A stretch of 40,000 bases of DNA, taken from NCBI GenBank assembly GCA_002426885.1, contig DINU01000017.1, positions 37,961-77,960 of the forward strand, in the 5' to 3' direction. A program made the translations under genes and the position numbers. Of the stretch, positions 20,858 through 30,711 are shown one piece after another; positions within the stretch are counted from its first letter, which is position 1; every line of letters starts with the position of its first letter. Source of the DNA: Patescibacteria group bacterium UBA5532 (lineage in GTDB: Bacteria; Patescibacteriota; Gracilibacteria; BD1-5; UBA2023). The notes under the pieces were generated by a model. It saw only the letters and a list, made by a program, of their open reading frames with translations, was not told the DNA's origin and did no database searches.

Positions 20858-23800
20858 ATGTATACTCGCATCCAGAACATCCAGAAGATAAAAGTGTGTT
20901 TTTCCCTTGGGGCGCCATCAGGTATTTCACACTCGACGAGTAACGCTCCCCCAGCACCTGATGCACTTGGAAGAAATCCGAATACGCTCACCTTTGATCG
21001 GTCGAATGATATTCTCTACATCGATGCTATATATCGGACCCTCCGTATCGCGCCAAATGAAGCGCGTATACAGGACGCAAGACAGCTCATACTTCAATAC
21101 TTCGATACATTGTTACAAAATAGGAATTTCCCTCATAAAAACAAGTTACAGAACTTTATTACCTACCTCAATGATCCGACGACCACAAATGGACTCGACC
21201 TGATAAAACGAATTCTCTATACTGAGAATAATCTCTCCCAGCTACATATTACATTTCCAGATAATATAACACAAGCGATCCGCAACATGGAAGATCCTCG
21301 TGTAGAGGAGATGCGTCAAGCCTTCATACAGATGAATGTCGCTCACGAGCAGTATACTACAATTCACTACCCACTCTACTGAGGAAATCATATCGTTCTC
21401 TCTCCGAGACAGATTACACAGCTCGAGAAGACGCTCATTGCTGTAGCGGGACTGGGGGAGGATGAAAGGCTTGAAGATTACTATAGAGGAACTTTTTTTG
21501 ATAATCAAGGTACATATAATCGGAAGACTGTCGAAGATGCGCTCTATGATCTTCAGAATAACTCATGATATCATGATTATTTTCAAAGAAATAAAAAACG
21601 GCAATCTGTATTTGAAGAGCATTTCCGCCAGTACATGTCTCAGAAACTTCTGATCGATGCAAAAACACAGCTCGAAAAAACAAAAACAATAATATTCAAA
21701 AATCAGCGATCACAACTAGAGCTGTTATATGCCGAGAACACGAGACAAAAGACACGTGAGATGATAGGGGGACCTATAGAGACTGCTTATCTCTCACAGA
21801 CATTTCGAGAGAATCCTCGACTTTTTGCAAGAACGGATGACCCATGATTGAATACCGAAATCGCACATCGACTGAGATTGATTATTTCATACTTATTCCC
21901 CCATCTCAGCAATATAAATGGACTCCAGGCCCGACTCATCGAGTATATCATGGACAGACTTGCAGCAAGTGACGATCTCTATAGCAACCCGAGAAATCAT
22001 CTTGGGAATACAAAACCCTCTCGTATCCACTCTATTCAGGAGGGTGCAAACACATTCAGAAACATACTCCAGTCCACGCCTCTCAAAAATGGTGCAAAGA
22101 TGGTGGCATGAACGCTTAATATTGTCATCGTCGATCTTCTATGAAAATGACTCTTGAAACGGGTCGCATGAGAAGGGATACTCAAAAATGGATTATATGG
22201 GTGATCTAAATGGCTGGATGCACAAGTAGGAAAGGCTCAAGACTGGGCAAAAAAAGTTCCAGAAAAGGCATGATTCTTTCGGGCAGTGGCATCGCTTCCA
22301 CGACGAGTACTTGCACGTTGACTCCTTACGATTCCACGTACAGCGACCCTGACAGCGACATGAGTCACAGGTATCACATCATGGTTAGTAAATGGAATAC
22401 TTGGTGTGTCATGAGGAGCATGGGGTATTCTTGATACTGGAATACGGGAGCGTCTCTCTGGAGTGAATCCTGGACTCGATGGAATATTTCCAGCCGTTAT
22501 AGAATCCGTCCGATGAACGCTGATGGCAGCATGATGGGGGGTAGAGAAGATCGCAGAAATTGTCTGAAATAGCATGGAGCAAGCGGAACAGAAGAGGGTT
22601 TTTGAAAGACTTGCGAGGGAGCGATGAATAAAAAATTCTCCTTGATTAGAGGAAGACACGCTCGCGGCTATGGAGCTCGTAAACCTAGAGAGGATGCTGA
22701 GCTCTACCACTATCACGCCTGCTTCGAATCAGGCATCACAGAGTAATCAGGGGAGTGCGGGTGGAGGGAATCCATCATCGAATCCAAATGCAGGGAATCC
22801 ACAACCGAGTTCATCAGGTCCATCAGGAAATCCACCAGCGAATCCATCAGGGGGTCCGAATCCGAATGCAGGAAATCCACCATCGAATCCGAATCCATCA
22901 GGGAGTCCATCAGGGAGTCCATCAGGGAGTCCATCGAGTCCATCAGGGAGTCCACCGAATCCATCGGGTCCATCGGGTCCATCAGGGAGTCCACCGAATC
23001 CATCGGGTCCATCAGGTTCATCAGGTCCATCAGGTCCATCAGGAAGCCCGAATGCAGGGGGAAGTTCACCAACCCCAAGTCAGAGCAATTCAAATTCATG
23101 AACACCACCAGCAAACACAGAGAATTCACCAGAGCCCCCGAGCACAAATACTAAAAACAACTCTACTGAACTTACGAAGCTCTTCGAACATATCGAAACT
23201 GTAACGAAGGATTTGGAGACAGAAAAAGAGAATCTCAATGTCTATTATCAAGAGCTCACAACTGTGAGTTTTACTCCGGATAAGAATGTACGGATGAGGC
23301 GTGAGGTCGCACCATTCTTAGACACCGCGGTCATAGGGGAGACTCTCAAGGCTTTCATAAAACTCAATCACTCACTCAACACCCTTGCAGAGAAAATTAT
23401 TCCAACACTCTGAAAATATAACCTTTCTCGTACACAGCGAGACTTTATACGGAGTCTCGAGACAGAAATAGAGTTATATCGAAAGAAGTATCTTCCAGAA
23501 CTCCAGCGACTCTACCCGAAAGATGCATCTCCTCGGTGATATACCCTTCCAGATGAAAATGAGCTTCTCAAGAGTGACATCTGGGAGATTCTCGATCCAG
23601 ATAACGGTCTCGAATATATGATAGAGCTTATAAGGTGAATCCTGCCCCAGAATCCACCCCCACTAACATGAGAGAATAGGCAAAACCCTAGCCCAACTCC
23701 ACCGGGAAATCCAGAGAATCAAGAAAACTCCCGAGAAAATCCACCACCAGTTCCGAGTCAAAACGGTGCAAGTCAAGACGATCGAATAGTCACAGACTTT

Positions 23801-24301
23801 GACAATCCACGATGAAATATAATATCTTTGATAAACCATAAACATTTAACTAATAAACTTACAAATATAGGTCTCGCGGGAATTGCTATATTAGTTTGTC
23901 ATGCGAAACTAACGTCACGCCATAGAATACTTCAGAACACACAATCAGCAGAAACCATTCAGGACATAGTTACAGCTTATCCAAAATTACTCTCAGAAAT
24001 TCGTAAGGGGCTGCTTTCCATACAGACCAATATCAAGGAGCTCTGACCCCCCATCACAATACAAAGTCCCCAGTATCAACTCGATCAAAAACGGCAAGAC
24101 ATGATAAACACCCTTGAGGCTCATGTCATCGCCCTATTACGAAAAATTGAAGATTATGAAAAAAAGGTGGATGGATGGGACAGTGCCCCACCAACATGAA
24201 TTGAGCTTCTCAAGAGTGACATCTGGGAGATTCTCGATCCGAACGATGGACTTAGAAGTATCACACAACTCACAAGGCAAATCGCACCGAGAAATCCATA
24301 G
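20858..24301 (+). CDS. Giant-ORF cluster protein B (1147 aa), no recognisable domain: Gly-rich hydrophobic segment, P/S/G/N low-complexity linker, duplicated C-terminal modules
   Basis: Track pieces 20858..21382, 21635..21847, 21848..22111, 22670..23101, 23213..23413 and 23828..24046 lie in one frame. All gaps were read codon by codon, with only TGA and no TAA/TAG. Ends at TAG 24299-24301. Confidence 0.75.
22894..23045 (+). repeat. In-frame tandem repeats (12-nt TCCATCAGGGAG = P-S-G-S unit, 9-nt P-S-G units, a ~42-nt higher-order unit) inside ORF B
   Basis: TCCATCAGGGAG appears three times in a row from 22894. TCCATCAGGGAGTCCACCGAATCCATCGGGTCCATC occurs twice, at 22939 and 22978. It encodes ...SPSGSPSGSPSSPSGSPPNPSGPSGPSGSPPNPSGPSGSSGPSGPSGSP. 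Confidence 0.85.
23561..23598 (+). repeat. 38-bp exact direct repeat, copy 1 (encodes ELLKSDIWEILDP)
   Basis: GAGCTTCTCAAGAGTGACATCTGGGAGATTCTCGATCC is identical to 24203-24240. Confidence 0.9.
24203..24240 (+). repeat. 38-bp exact direct repeat, copy 2 (encodes ELLKSDIWEILDP)
   Basis: Identical to 23561-23598. Both copies are in frame in ORF B, 642 bp apart. Confidence 0.9.
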
Positions 24302-24344
24302 AAATTTTTCGTTATTCTATAAATCTCAGAATTCAGAAAAAGAT

Positions 24345-24368
24345 AAAACACTCAGAAATGGGTGTTTT
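24345..24368 (+). terminator. Weak terminator-like hairpin after ORF B
   Basis: AAAACAC-(10 nt)-GTGTTTT. The T-run is limited to the stem, so this is low confidence. Confidence 0.3.
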
Positions 24369-24390
24369 ATTGAAACATATCTCCATTTTT

Positions 24391-24419
24391 TTGCAAAAAG
24401 AAAATCAATATGTTACACT
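24391..24419 (+). promoter_or_regulatory. Candidate promoter TTGCAA-N17-(TGt)TACACT for giant ORF C
   Basis: -35 at 24391-24396 and extended -10 TGTTACACT at 24411-24419. The -10 ends 20 nt before the ATG at 24440, the same spacing as upstream of ORF A. Confidence 0.5.
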
Positions 24420-24439
24420 ATCAATGACTATTATCTTGC

Positions 24440-26836
24440 ATGGCTGATACACCCTCCTCATCACAAGAATCCGAACTCTCGAAAGATATATCTTCTCTGG
24501 AGGCATCCATTGATTCTCTTGGAAATGAGCGTCAGTGATTATCGGGTATAGATGCAGAGATTCGTCGAATACAAGGTATATTCGATAGTGGCGATTATTC
24601 ACCCAAACTAAGGAAAAAATTTACAGAACTGGCCTCACGATTCACTGAGACAAGAAGAGGTATTACAGAGAATGCGAGAAGTGCTACTAATGGAGTAAGA
24701 TTTCAGAATCATCTCGAGAATCCCGGGGCACTCACGCCACTCATGATACGACTTCAGCAGTCAATACAAGAAAATCAACCCACCGCCCACCAACTTGGAA
24801 GCATGGTGCCCATACTCGCCACACTTGAAGCAGGCTGATACTACTACGATCAGGGAACACATCAGATATATAACTCGAAAGATCAGGTGGATCCTGAGCG
24901 TACCCTGATGATTCGGCAGGTGTCCGAGTGGAAAAAGCTTTGGAGACCAGCACAGGATTTACGTAACAGAATCAATGCCCCAAAGGGTGATCCAAAGGAC
25001 CATATCAATGCTATGCTTGCAAAAATACCCCATCGGAATGCACCACTCACACTTTCTAATAACCCTACACCAGAGCAAGAAACACGTATTCGAAGTCTTG
25101 TCGTGAATTCGCGACTATCTCCTGACAATAAAGCATATATTCTCGCGTATCTCAGAGATCCTACTGCTTTTCCTGCTCCTACTCAGGAAGATAAAAAAGC
25201 ATCGCAAGATGCAGCAAAAAAAATGGGAACAGCAGGAAATACCTTTCTAGAAGAGCATAATCTCAAACCGATGGATCCGATGACATGGGAAAAATTTACA
25301 CAAAATCCTCTCACCGTTATTCCACACTTCCTGAAAAATATTGGTCCCGCTGGGGCGCTGGGGTTGATGGCATTTATGTTTACACGCATGATCGGAGCGA
25401 AGAGTAAATTTATCACCTACCCGATGGGGATCCTCGCTGGCGCTATTTTTATGCAAGGAATAGGACTCTGGCGTCCTACTCTTGATGCCCTGAGCGGAAA
25501 AGTCGACACAGAAAGCTGGGTGTATAAATTCTTCGGGAGTATCGGACTCAGTATCAGTGATGGCTTCAGCTGGCTCTGAGAGAAAATGGGGGATCTCGCC
25601 GGCTGGAGTGTCAATGCGAAGAATGAAGCGGTATTCTGGTACTACATGAGTAACTACACGATCATGGAGGGTGGGCAGAGAAAAGAGTTTGTCAATGCAA
25701 AAGCCTCGACACTCGATAACCTTACATGAGAAAAATGGAAGAAGACCATGTCATCTCTCAATCTAGAAAAGGCAGGAAACAAAGATCTCGTACAAGAAGC
25801 AGATCTGGAGGTGGCACGAGAACGCTTGATACTCACAAAAAATAAAGCACTCGAGAAACTACGAGTAGAGAAACCAAATAAAACAGAGTCACAACACGCC
25901 GCTGAGTTACGAGGTATCATGCAGGCAAAAACTCTTCTCGAGTTTGTAAAGTGGGCGTACGAAGCTCCGAAAATACCACCAACAGTAGGATGAGTAACAC
26001 CGGTCGCAACAGCACCAGCCACATCAACATCAAGAACACCAGCAACACCACAAATCCAGAGCGAAAGCGCTCCTGCTTCTCTGAAGGAAACAGCCCCCTC
26101 ACTGAAGACACTCGCAGAAGGCATCCCCCAGGTGGGTGATGGGGCAATAGACACCTCACGGAAGAAAAGTACACTTCCCGAGATACAAAAAGAACTTGAA
26201 ACCATAACAAGTAAAACAACCGAGATAGCCAAATGACTCGATGAAAAGAAGCTCCCACTACAAGACTATACAACTCAGAGAACATACCTTCTTGGGTGGG
26301 TGAATGCGCTCCGTGCAAGCATGATCGAGATTGCGAAGCAATCATGAGTTGATACAGAATCACTTCGTACTATGATCGATCAGATATCCACATTCGCAGG
26401 AAATCTCGATTCTCTCCTCCCAGATCCAGAAAAACTCAAGACAAAAAAACCATACTCAATAAGCAGAAGGACGTATTCAACATGGATCGAGGATATAGAA
26501 CTCACGACAAACGAGCTCGGAGACATGAAAGTAAAACGATACTTCGGAACGAGTGGAAATGGAGTGGATTTTTACATAGTGCAGATCGGGGAGACACACT
26601 ACATCCTGAGAATGGATGAAAATGCCTCGCTTTGAATCGGAATTGATCCTCAGCTTCTCGAGATAAATGCTACCGACTCTGATAATGTTATTTTAACGGG
26701 TATACAGACAAAGAATTTTTATAATATGGAGCTCACGGATGCTGGGACGTTCATCGATCCTCAAGTGGGTCGCAATAATATGAGATGAATCCAGTCACAG
26801 CTCGATGCTGTGAAGACCTTCGCAGTATGATCATAG
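24440..26836 (+). CDS. Giant-ORF cluster protein C (798 aa), no recognisable domain: helical N-terminal part, two central TM helices, Thr/Pro/Ala linker, C-terminal globular part
   Basis: Track pieces 24887..25579, 25748..25993 and 26372..26635 lie in one frame, and the gaps were checked codon by codon. N-terminus MADTPSSSQESELSK. Hydrophobic pair GPAGALGLMAFMFTRMIGA / ITYPMGILAGAIFMQGIGLW near 25340-25480. Ends at TAG 26834-26836. Confidence 0.75.
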
Positions 26837-26895
26837 GAAAAAGTGGCTGATAATTTCTGATCTCATAATTTATTTCTTGCTTTTTATTCTTCTCC

Positions 26896-29577
26896 ATGAC
26901 CCAAAAACGTGACCCTCAAGTGGAAATACAAACGACTAAAGCAGAAATGCCAACGCCCGAAACACAAGCGCCTTCTCCGGAACAGCAAGCGAAAGAAAGA
27001 GAGAAACAAGAGGCACTCGAGAAGACACAGGCAGACATCCAGGCTCTGAATCTTGACTGGGGAAGCTTTCTCGCGGAAGCACATCTCACAGCTGAGCAAG
27101 TTGCTGAGATCATGTACACACATCGGGAAGCATGACCTGCATTTCGTGTGAATCCACGAGAAACAGTGGAGACACAAGTACGCTGACTCTTCGAACTCGA
27201 GCGAGTCTTGAGTACGCTTTTTCTCGCGATCCACGACGTGAATCCGAAGCCACAGAATCTTACAGAACTTGTCCAGATATTTACACCCGAGCGTATTCAG
27301 GGTATTCCAGCATCCGAGCGACCATTTCTCCAGCTGATGCTCTGGAAGCTCCGCACGATCGTCCGAGAGGAAAACAGAGCCGTATACCAGTATCTGAATC
27401 AGATCTGGCAGAAGACGATCCTCACGACAGAGATATCAAGATGATTTTCGAGTGGAATCACTGATCTCGGAAAAACTATTGCAGAGGGAAAAGCACCAAG
27501 CGAGGGGAATGAAATTATAAATTTTGTAAAGAATCACTGGGGAAAAATGCTTCTTATCGGAACGGCAGGTTATGGACTTTATAAGCTTTTTGGTGGAGGA
27601 AGAAATAAAGAAAAGGCGGGAGGATGATTTTTCGCATGGCTTTTTTCTCTCCTCTCGAAGATCCCCGGCATCGGATGAATCGGGATGCTCGTCACACTCG
27701 GAGGAATCTTCGGGCTCTTCGGTACACAGCTGATGGCGTGGATAAAAGATATCGATGGAACTGTCGGAAAGGTCGCGAAGTTCGTCGCAAATCCGACACT
27801 CGAATGACTTCTCGATATTGCTGGTGCCTGATGACTCCCACACAGTCTCGAGGGCATGGCATGATGAGCGGTAGGCTGGGCAAAAACACAAATCGGCATG
27901 AATGAAGCAAAAAGTGAAGAGAGTCGTGATGCTCGTGCTGAAGCCGTGGGAGCGTCATCACTGGCACGATATACTTTTATGAAACCCTGGGAAAAAGCAT
28001 CCGACCTCCAGAAAAGCATTTTTCATTCTGGAACAAAAGATATAAAAGAACTCCCAAGATTCTCGAAAGAATGAGCAGAAGAGCTTCTCCAGAAACACAG
28101 AGCACGATACACAGAAATTATGAATAATCCTGATGAAGTCGTGCAGAAACGAGAAATAGAAATTCGGGAACAGTTTCAAGATGGCAAACATCCAAAATAT
28201 GGAACGATAGAGGATGGAATCAAGCTTCTCGATACTGATCAGAAAAGTCTCGCAGGGATCAATGATCTCATTTCATCAGAAGAAGCGAAAGGACGTTATC
28301 TTCGATATCTCGCTCTCAGTGAGGTGGGTCTCGAAGCGCGAGCACTCGAGTATCACATGACCGCGCTTCGAGTGGGCATGGACAGTGAAAATGGTGCCCG
28401 GATTTATAAAGAATTCATGGAACGAGCTCGGACGCCTGACAAATATCTTCTCGAGCTCCAAGCATTTCAGGTACAAGCTGCAGAGAATCTCCATACATTT
28501 CCCGCATGAACGAATGAATCGCTTCGAGAATATGCACAGCTTCGCGGGAAACTCGAAGATCTCCTCGAGATAAAAAATACACAGGTCGATACGCTCATGC
28601 GAGAAATTCAGGAAGAAGTACAGAGGCAATGATGATATGCAACAGGAAAGAATCTTACCACAGAGGAAAAAGCAAAGAATGCAAAAATCAATGCTGCGAT
28701 CGAACCAAAGATGAGAAAAGTCGAAACAATCGAGAAAAAAGTCGCAGAAATATCGACATGATTTATGAAAGAAAATGAGCAAGTAATAATCCGAATGCTT
28801 CAGAATGAAGGCGTCGGTAAGACGCTCGCCTTTCGATTTCGTCAGTATATTCCGAATATATGAAATATAAAAAATGTCGAATGATTATGAAAAAAATGGA
28901 AAGCCTATCGGGATCAGAGAAATCCGACTTCCGTGCACGATTTCGAAACGGGGGGAAAAAATAAATACTTCCGAATGAGTACTGTCGGTGGATGACTCAT
29001 AATTACGGGACTCGGTGCTGGCTGGGCATTCGCGAACAGTGCTGATGGCGAAGGTATCGATAATGCTCTCGCGACAGGCGGTCGAATCGCAGGTGGAATG
29101 GTCCCACTCCTCGCAGAGTATCTCGATGCACGCGACGCGATCGAGGCACTGAGCCGGGGAGAACATCTGAATGCCATGATCTATAGTGGAGCATTCGTCG
29201 CGGATGTCGCATCCACCCTGATGATCGCTTCAGGAATCTTCTCAGGAGTCGGATTCTGACTGAAAGCAGGAAAATCTGCCGTGCTTCAAGGAATAAAAAA
29301 TGGTGTGGTGAGAAAAGTAACACTCGAATGAAATGAACTCGTCATAAAATGAGCAGGGGGAGCAGTTCTAAAAAAAGTGGCTGTCTCAGCGAATGATCTT
29401 AATCAAGTGAGAAAGGTGCAAGAGCTTGTGGGAAAATGGGGAAAACATGCACTTTGGTCAGGAATGACAGTAAGTCTCGGCGGGACAGGTGTCGCCGTCG
29501 CAGGCGCCTATCTCGATGATAACGGAAAACTCGATATCGATGATCATACACCTCCAGGAAATACAGAAAATAAGTAG
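26896..29577 (+). CDS. Giant-ORF cluster protein D (893 aa), no recognisable domain: multi-pass membrane protein with glycine-zipper-like helices
   Basis: Track pieces 26896..27135, 27208..27444, 28120..28509 and 29377..29577 lie in one frame. The whole 27133-29577 stretch was read codon by codon (22 TGA, no TAA/TAG). Segments include GGGFFAWLFSLLSKIPGIGGIGMLVTLGGIFGLFGTQLMAWI and VGGGLIITGLGAGWAFA...AMIYSGAFVADVASTLMIASGIFSGVGFGL. Ends at TAG 29575-29577. Confidence 0.75.
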
Positions 29578-29596
29578 GATCCCCCACACAACCACC

Positions 29597-29624
29597 AAAA
29601 AAATGCACTCTCGTGCATTTTTTT
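29597..29624 (+). terminator. Intrinsic terminator after ORF D
   Basis: AAAAAAATGCAC-TCTC-GTGCATTTTTTT, a perfect 12-bp stem including the A/T runs, 20 nt after the stop. Confidence 0.7.
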
Positions 29625-29638
29625 ATAGTTCTAGAGAA

Positions 29639-29713
29639 TGGTTGCGGAGGTGTGAATCGAACACACGACCTCAAGGTTATGAGCCTTGCGAGCTGCCACT
29701 GCTCTACTCCGCG
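29639..29713 (-). tRNA. tRNA-Met(CAT), initiator type (fMet), CCA encoded
   Basis: Minus strand: CGCGGAG TA GAGC AGTGGCA GCTC G CAAGG CTCATAA CCTTG AGGTC GTGTG TTCGATT CACAC CTCCGCA A CCA (75 nt). It forms a clean cloverleaf with anticodon CAT and a C1:A72 mismatch. It is very similar to E. coli tRNA-fMet (CGCGGGG..GAGCAG..GCTCG..GGCTCATAACC..GGTCG..CCGCAACCA). Confidence 0.9.
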
Positions 29714-29739
29714 GAAATCATCTCGCATCTCGCTGGATT

Positions 29740-29934
29740 CTATCTCTTTCCTGCTGTTCGATAAAATGATCGGATAATCGCCTGTTCACGAACCTTTCGC
29801 TTCGATGGAGCACGATGATGTTGCTGTGTATTCTTGAGGCGATTCGCAGTACGTGTCTGAAAAAAAGCCTTTTTATATCGGAGAATAAGTTTATCATTGG
29901 ACTCACCGTCTTTACGAACTGCGTATGCAATCAT
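29740..29934 (-). CDS. rpsU: 30S ribosomal protein S21
   Basis: 64 aa: MIAYAVRKDGESNDKLILRYKKAFFQTRTANRLKNTQQHHRAPSKRKVREQAIIRSFYRTAGKR. It is basic and fits the S21 pattern (V.v..gE..D.al.rfKr......R....yekPS..R). I chose the internal Met of track ORF 29740..29994 because the upstream 20 aa are hydrophobic junk and a promoter-like site overlaps them. Confidence 0.75.
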   Translation of the reverse strand: MIAYAVRKDGESNDKLILRYKKAFFQTRTANRLKNTQQHHRAPSKRKVREQAIIRSFYRTAGKR

Positions 29935-29966
29935 AGAATAGAAATAGAAAAAAGAAATGCCCGCAA

Positions 29967-29994
29967 ATAATATGAAAAGAAAAGAAGAAGTCAA
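29967..29994 (-). promoter_or_regulatory. Candidate promoter TTGACT-N16-TATTAT for rpsU
   Basis: On the minus strand: TTGACT (29989-29994) and TATTAT (29967-29972), with the -10 ending 33 nt upstream of the rpsU ATG. Confidence 0.45.
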
Positions 29995-30339
29995 ATAAAT
30001 GTGTAATTCTTTTCTCCTCTGAGAAAGTTACGAACATCAGAATCCTGAATGACAGAATTTAATACGCAGCTATGATGACCTCGTGCGTGCTACTCGTCTC
30101 TTCTTTGTTTATCATAATCTGGATACGCCCAGGCTTCGAGACTACTTGCTACAGCGACTCAGACTTCTTGCACCTCTCTCGTTGTATCAGGGGGCACATT
30201 TCGCCAAAAATCCTCTAACATCTTCGCACAATACAGTCTTTTCTCTCGTTCTCATGCATCTTCCGGGGACTCAAGAGACATAAGAGTGAATTATGGACGA
30301 TCTGATTATATACTTTCTGATCGAGAATCAATCAAAAAA

Positions 30340-30711
30340 CTACTCGAGTGCCTGTGCCATCACCTCGATGACCATCATCACCATCCAGATAATCAGCACG
30401 AGTTTTGGCTGAGAAATCCCGTAGATCGAGAGTCCGAGTGTGCCGATAGTGCCGATCATGATGAGCGTCGCCTGTCTGAGAGACGCATTCATCGTCGCGA
30501 CGTAGACTTCTCCGCGGTAGTATATTTTCTTAATAAAAAAAAGGACAAAAGCGAAGAGGCTCCCGCCAGCAAGTATCACCGAGAAAGCCATCAGACTGAA
30601 AGCAAGTGAAAAATCTCATTCCGGATTCATATAGTAAAAAAGCAAGAGCGCAGAAGAGAGGCTCGAAGCGAAGATAACAAGCAGGATGATCGAGTACAGA
30701 CGAAGAGTCAT
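30340..30711 (-). CDS. Small integral membrane protein (123 aa, about 4 TM)
   Basis: MTLRLYSIILLVIFASSLSSALLLFYYMNPEGDFSLAFSLMAFSVILAGGSLFAFVLFFI...LVLIIWMVMMVIEVMAQALE. Track ORF 30340..30591 extended upstream through one TGA. Confidence 0.65.

Noticed and set aside
22894-23045. Short tandem repeats considered as a possible CRISPR array
   Set aside because: The units are 9-12 nt with no unique spacers. They are in frame inside a long CDS, and no cas genes are present anywhere in the window.
22713-23147. 144-aa minus-strand ORF made of MDLMD/SLMD repeats (also the plus-frame 22755..23204 HQGVH repeats)
   Set aside because: These are alternative readings of the P/S/G/N tandem repeat of ORF B. 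Only the frame of 22670..23101 is continuous with flanking coding sequence on both sides.
30083-30609. Plus-strand track ORFs 30083..30283 and 30286..30609
   Set aside because: The second is antisense to a convincing 4-TM membrane protein. The first is R/L-rich with no start context. Neither improves under table 25.
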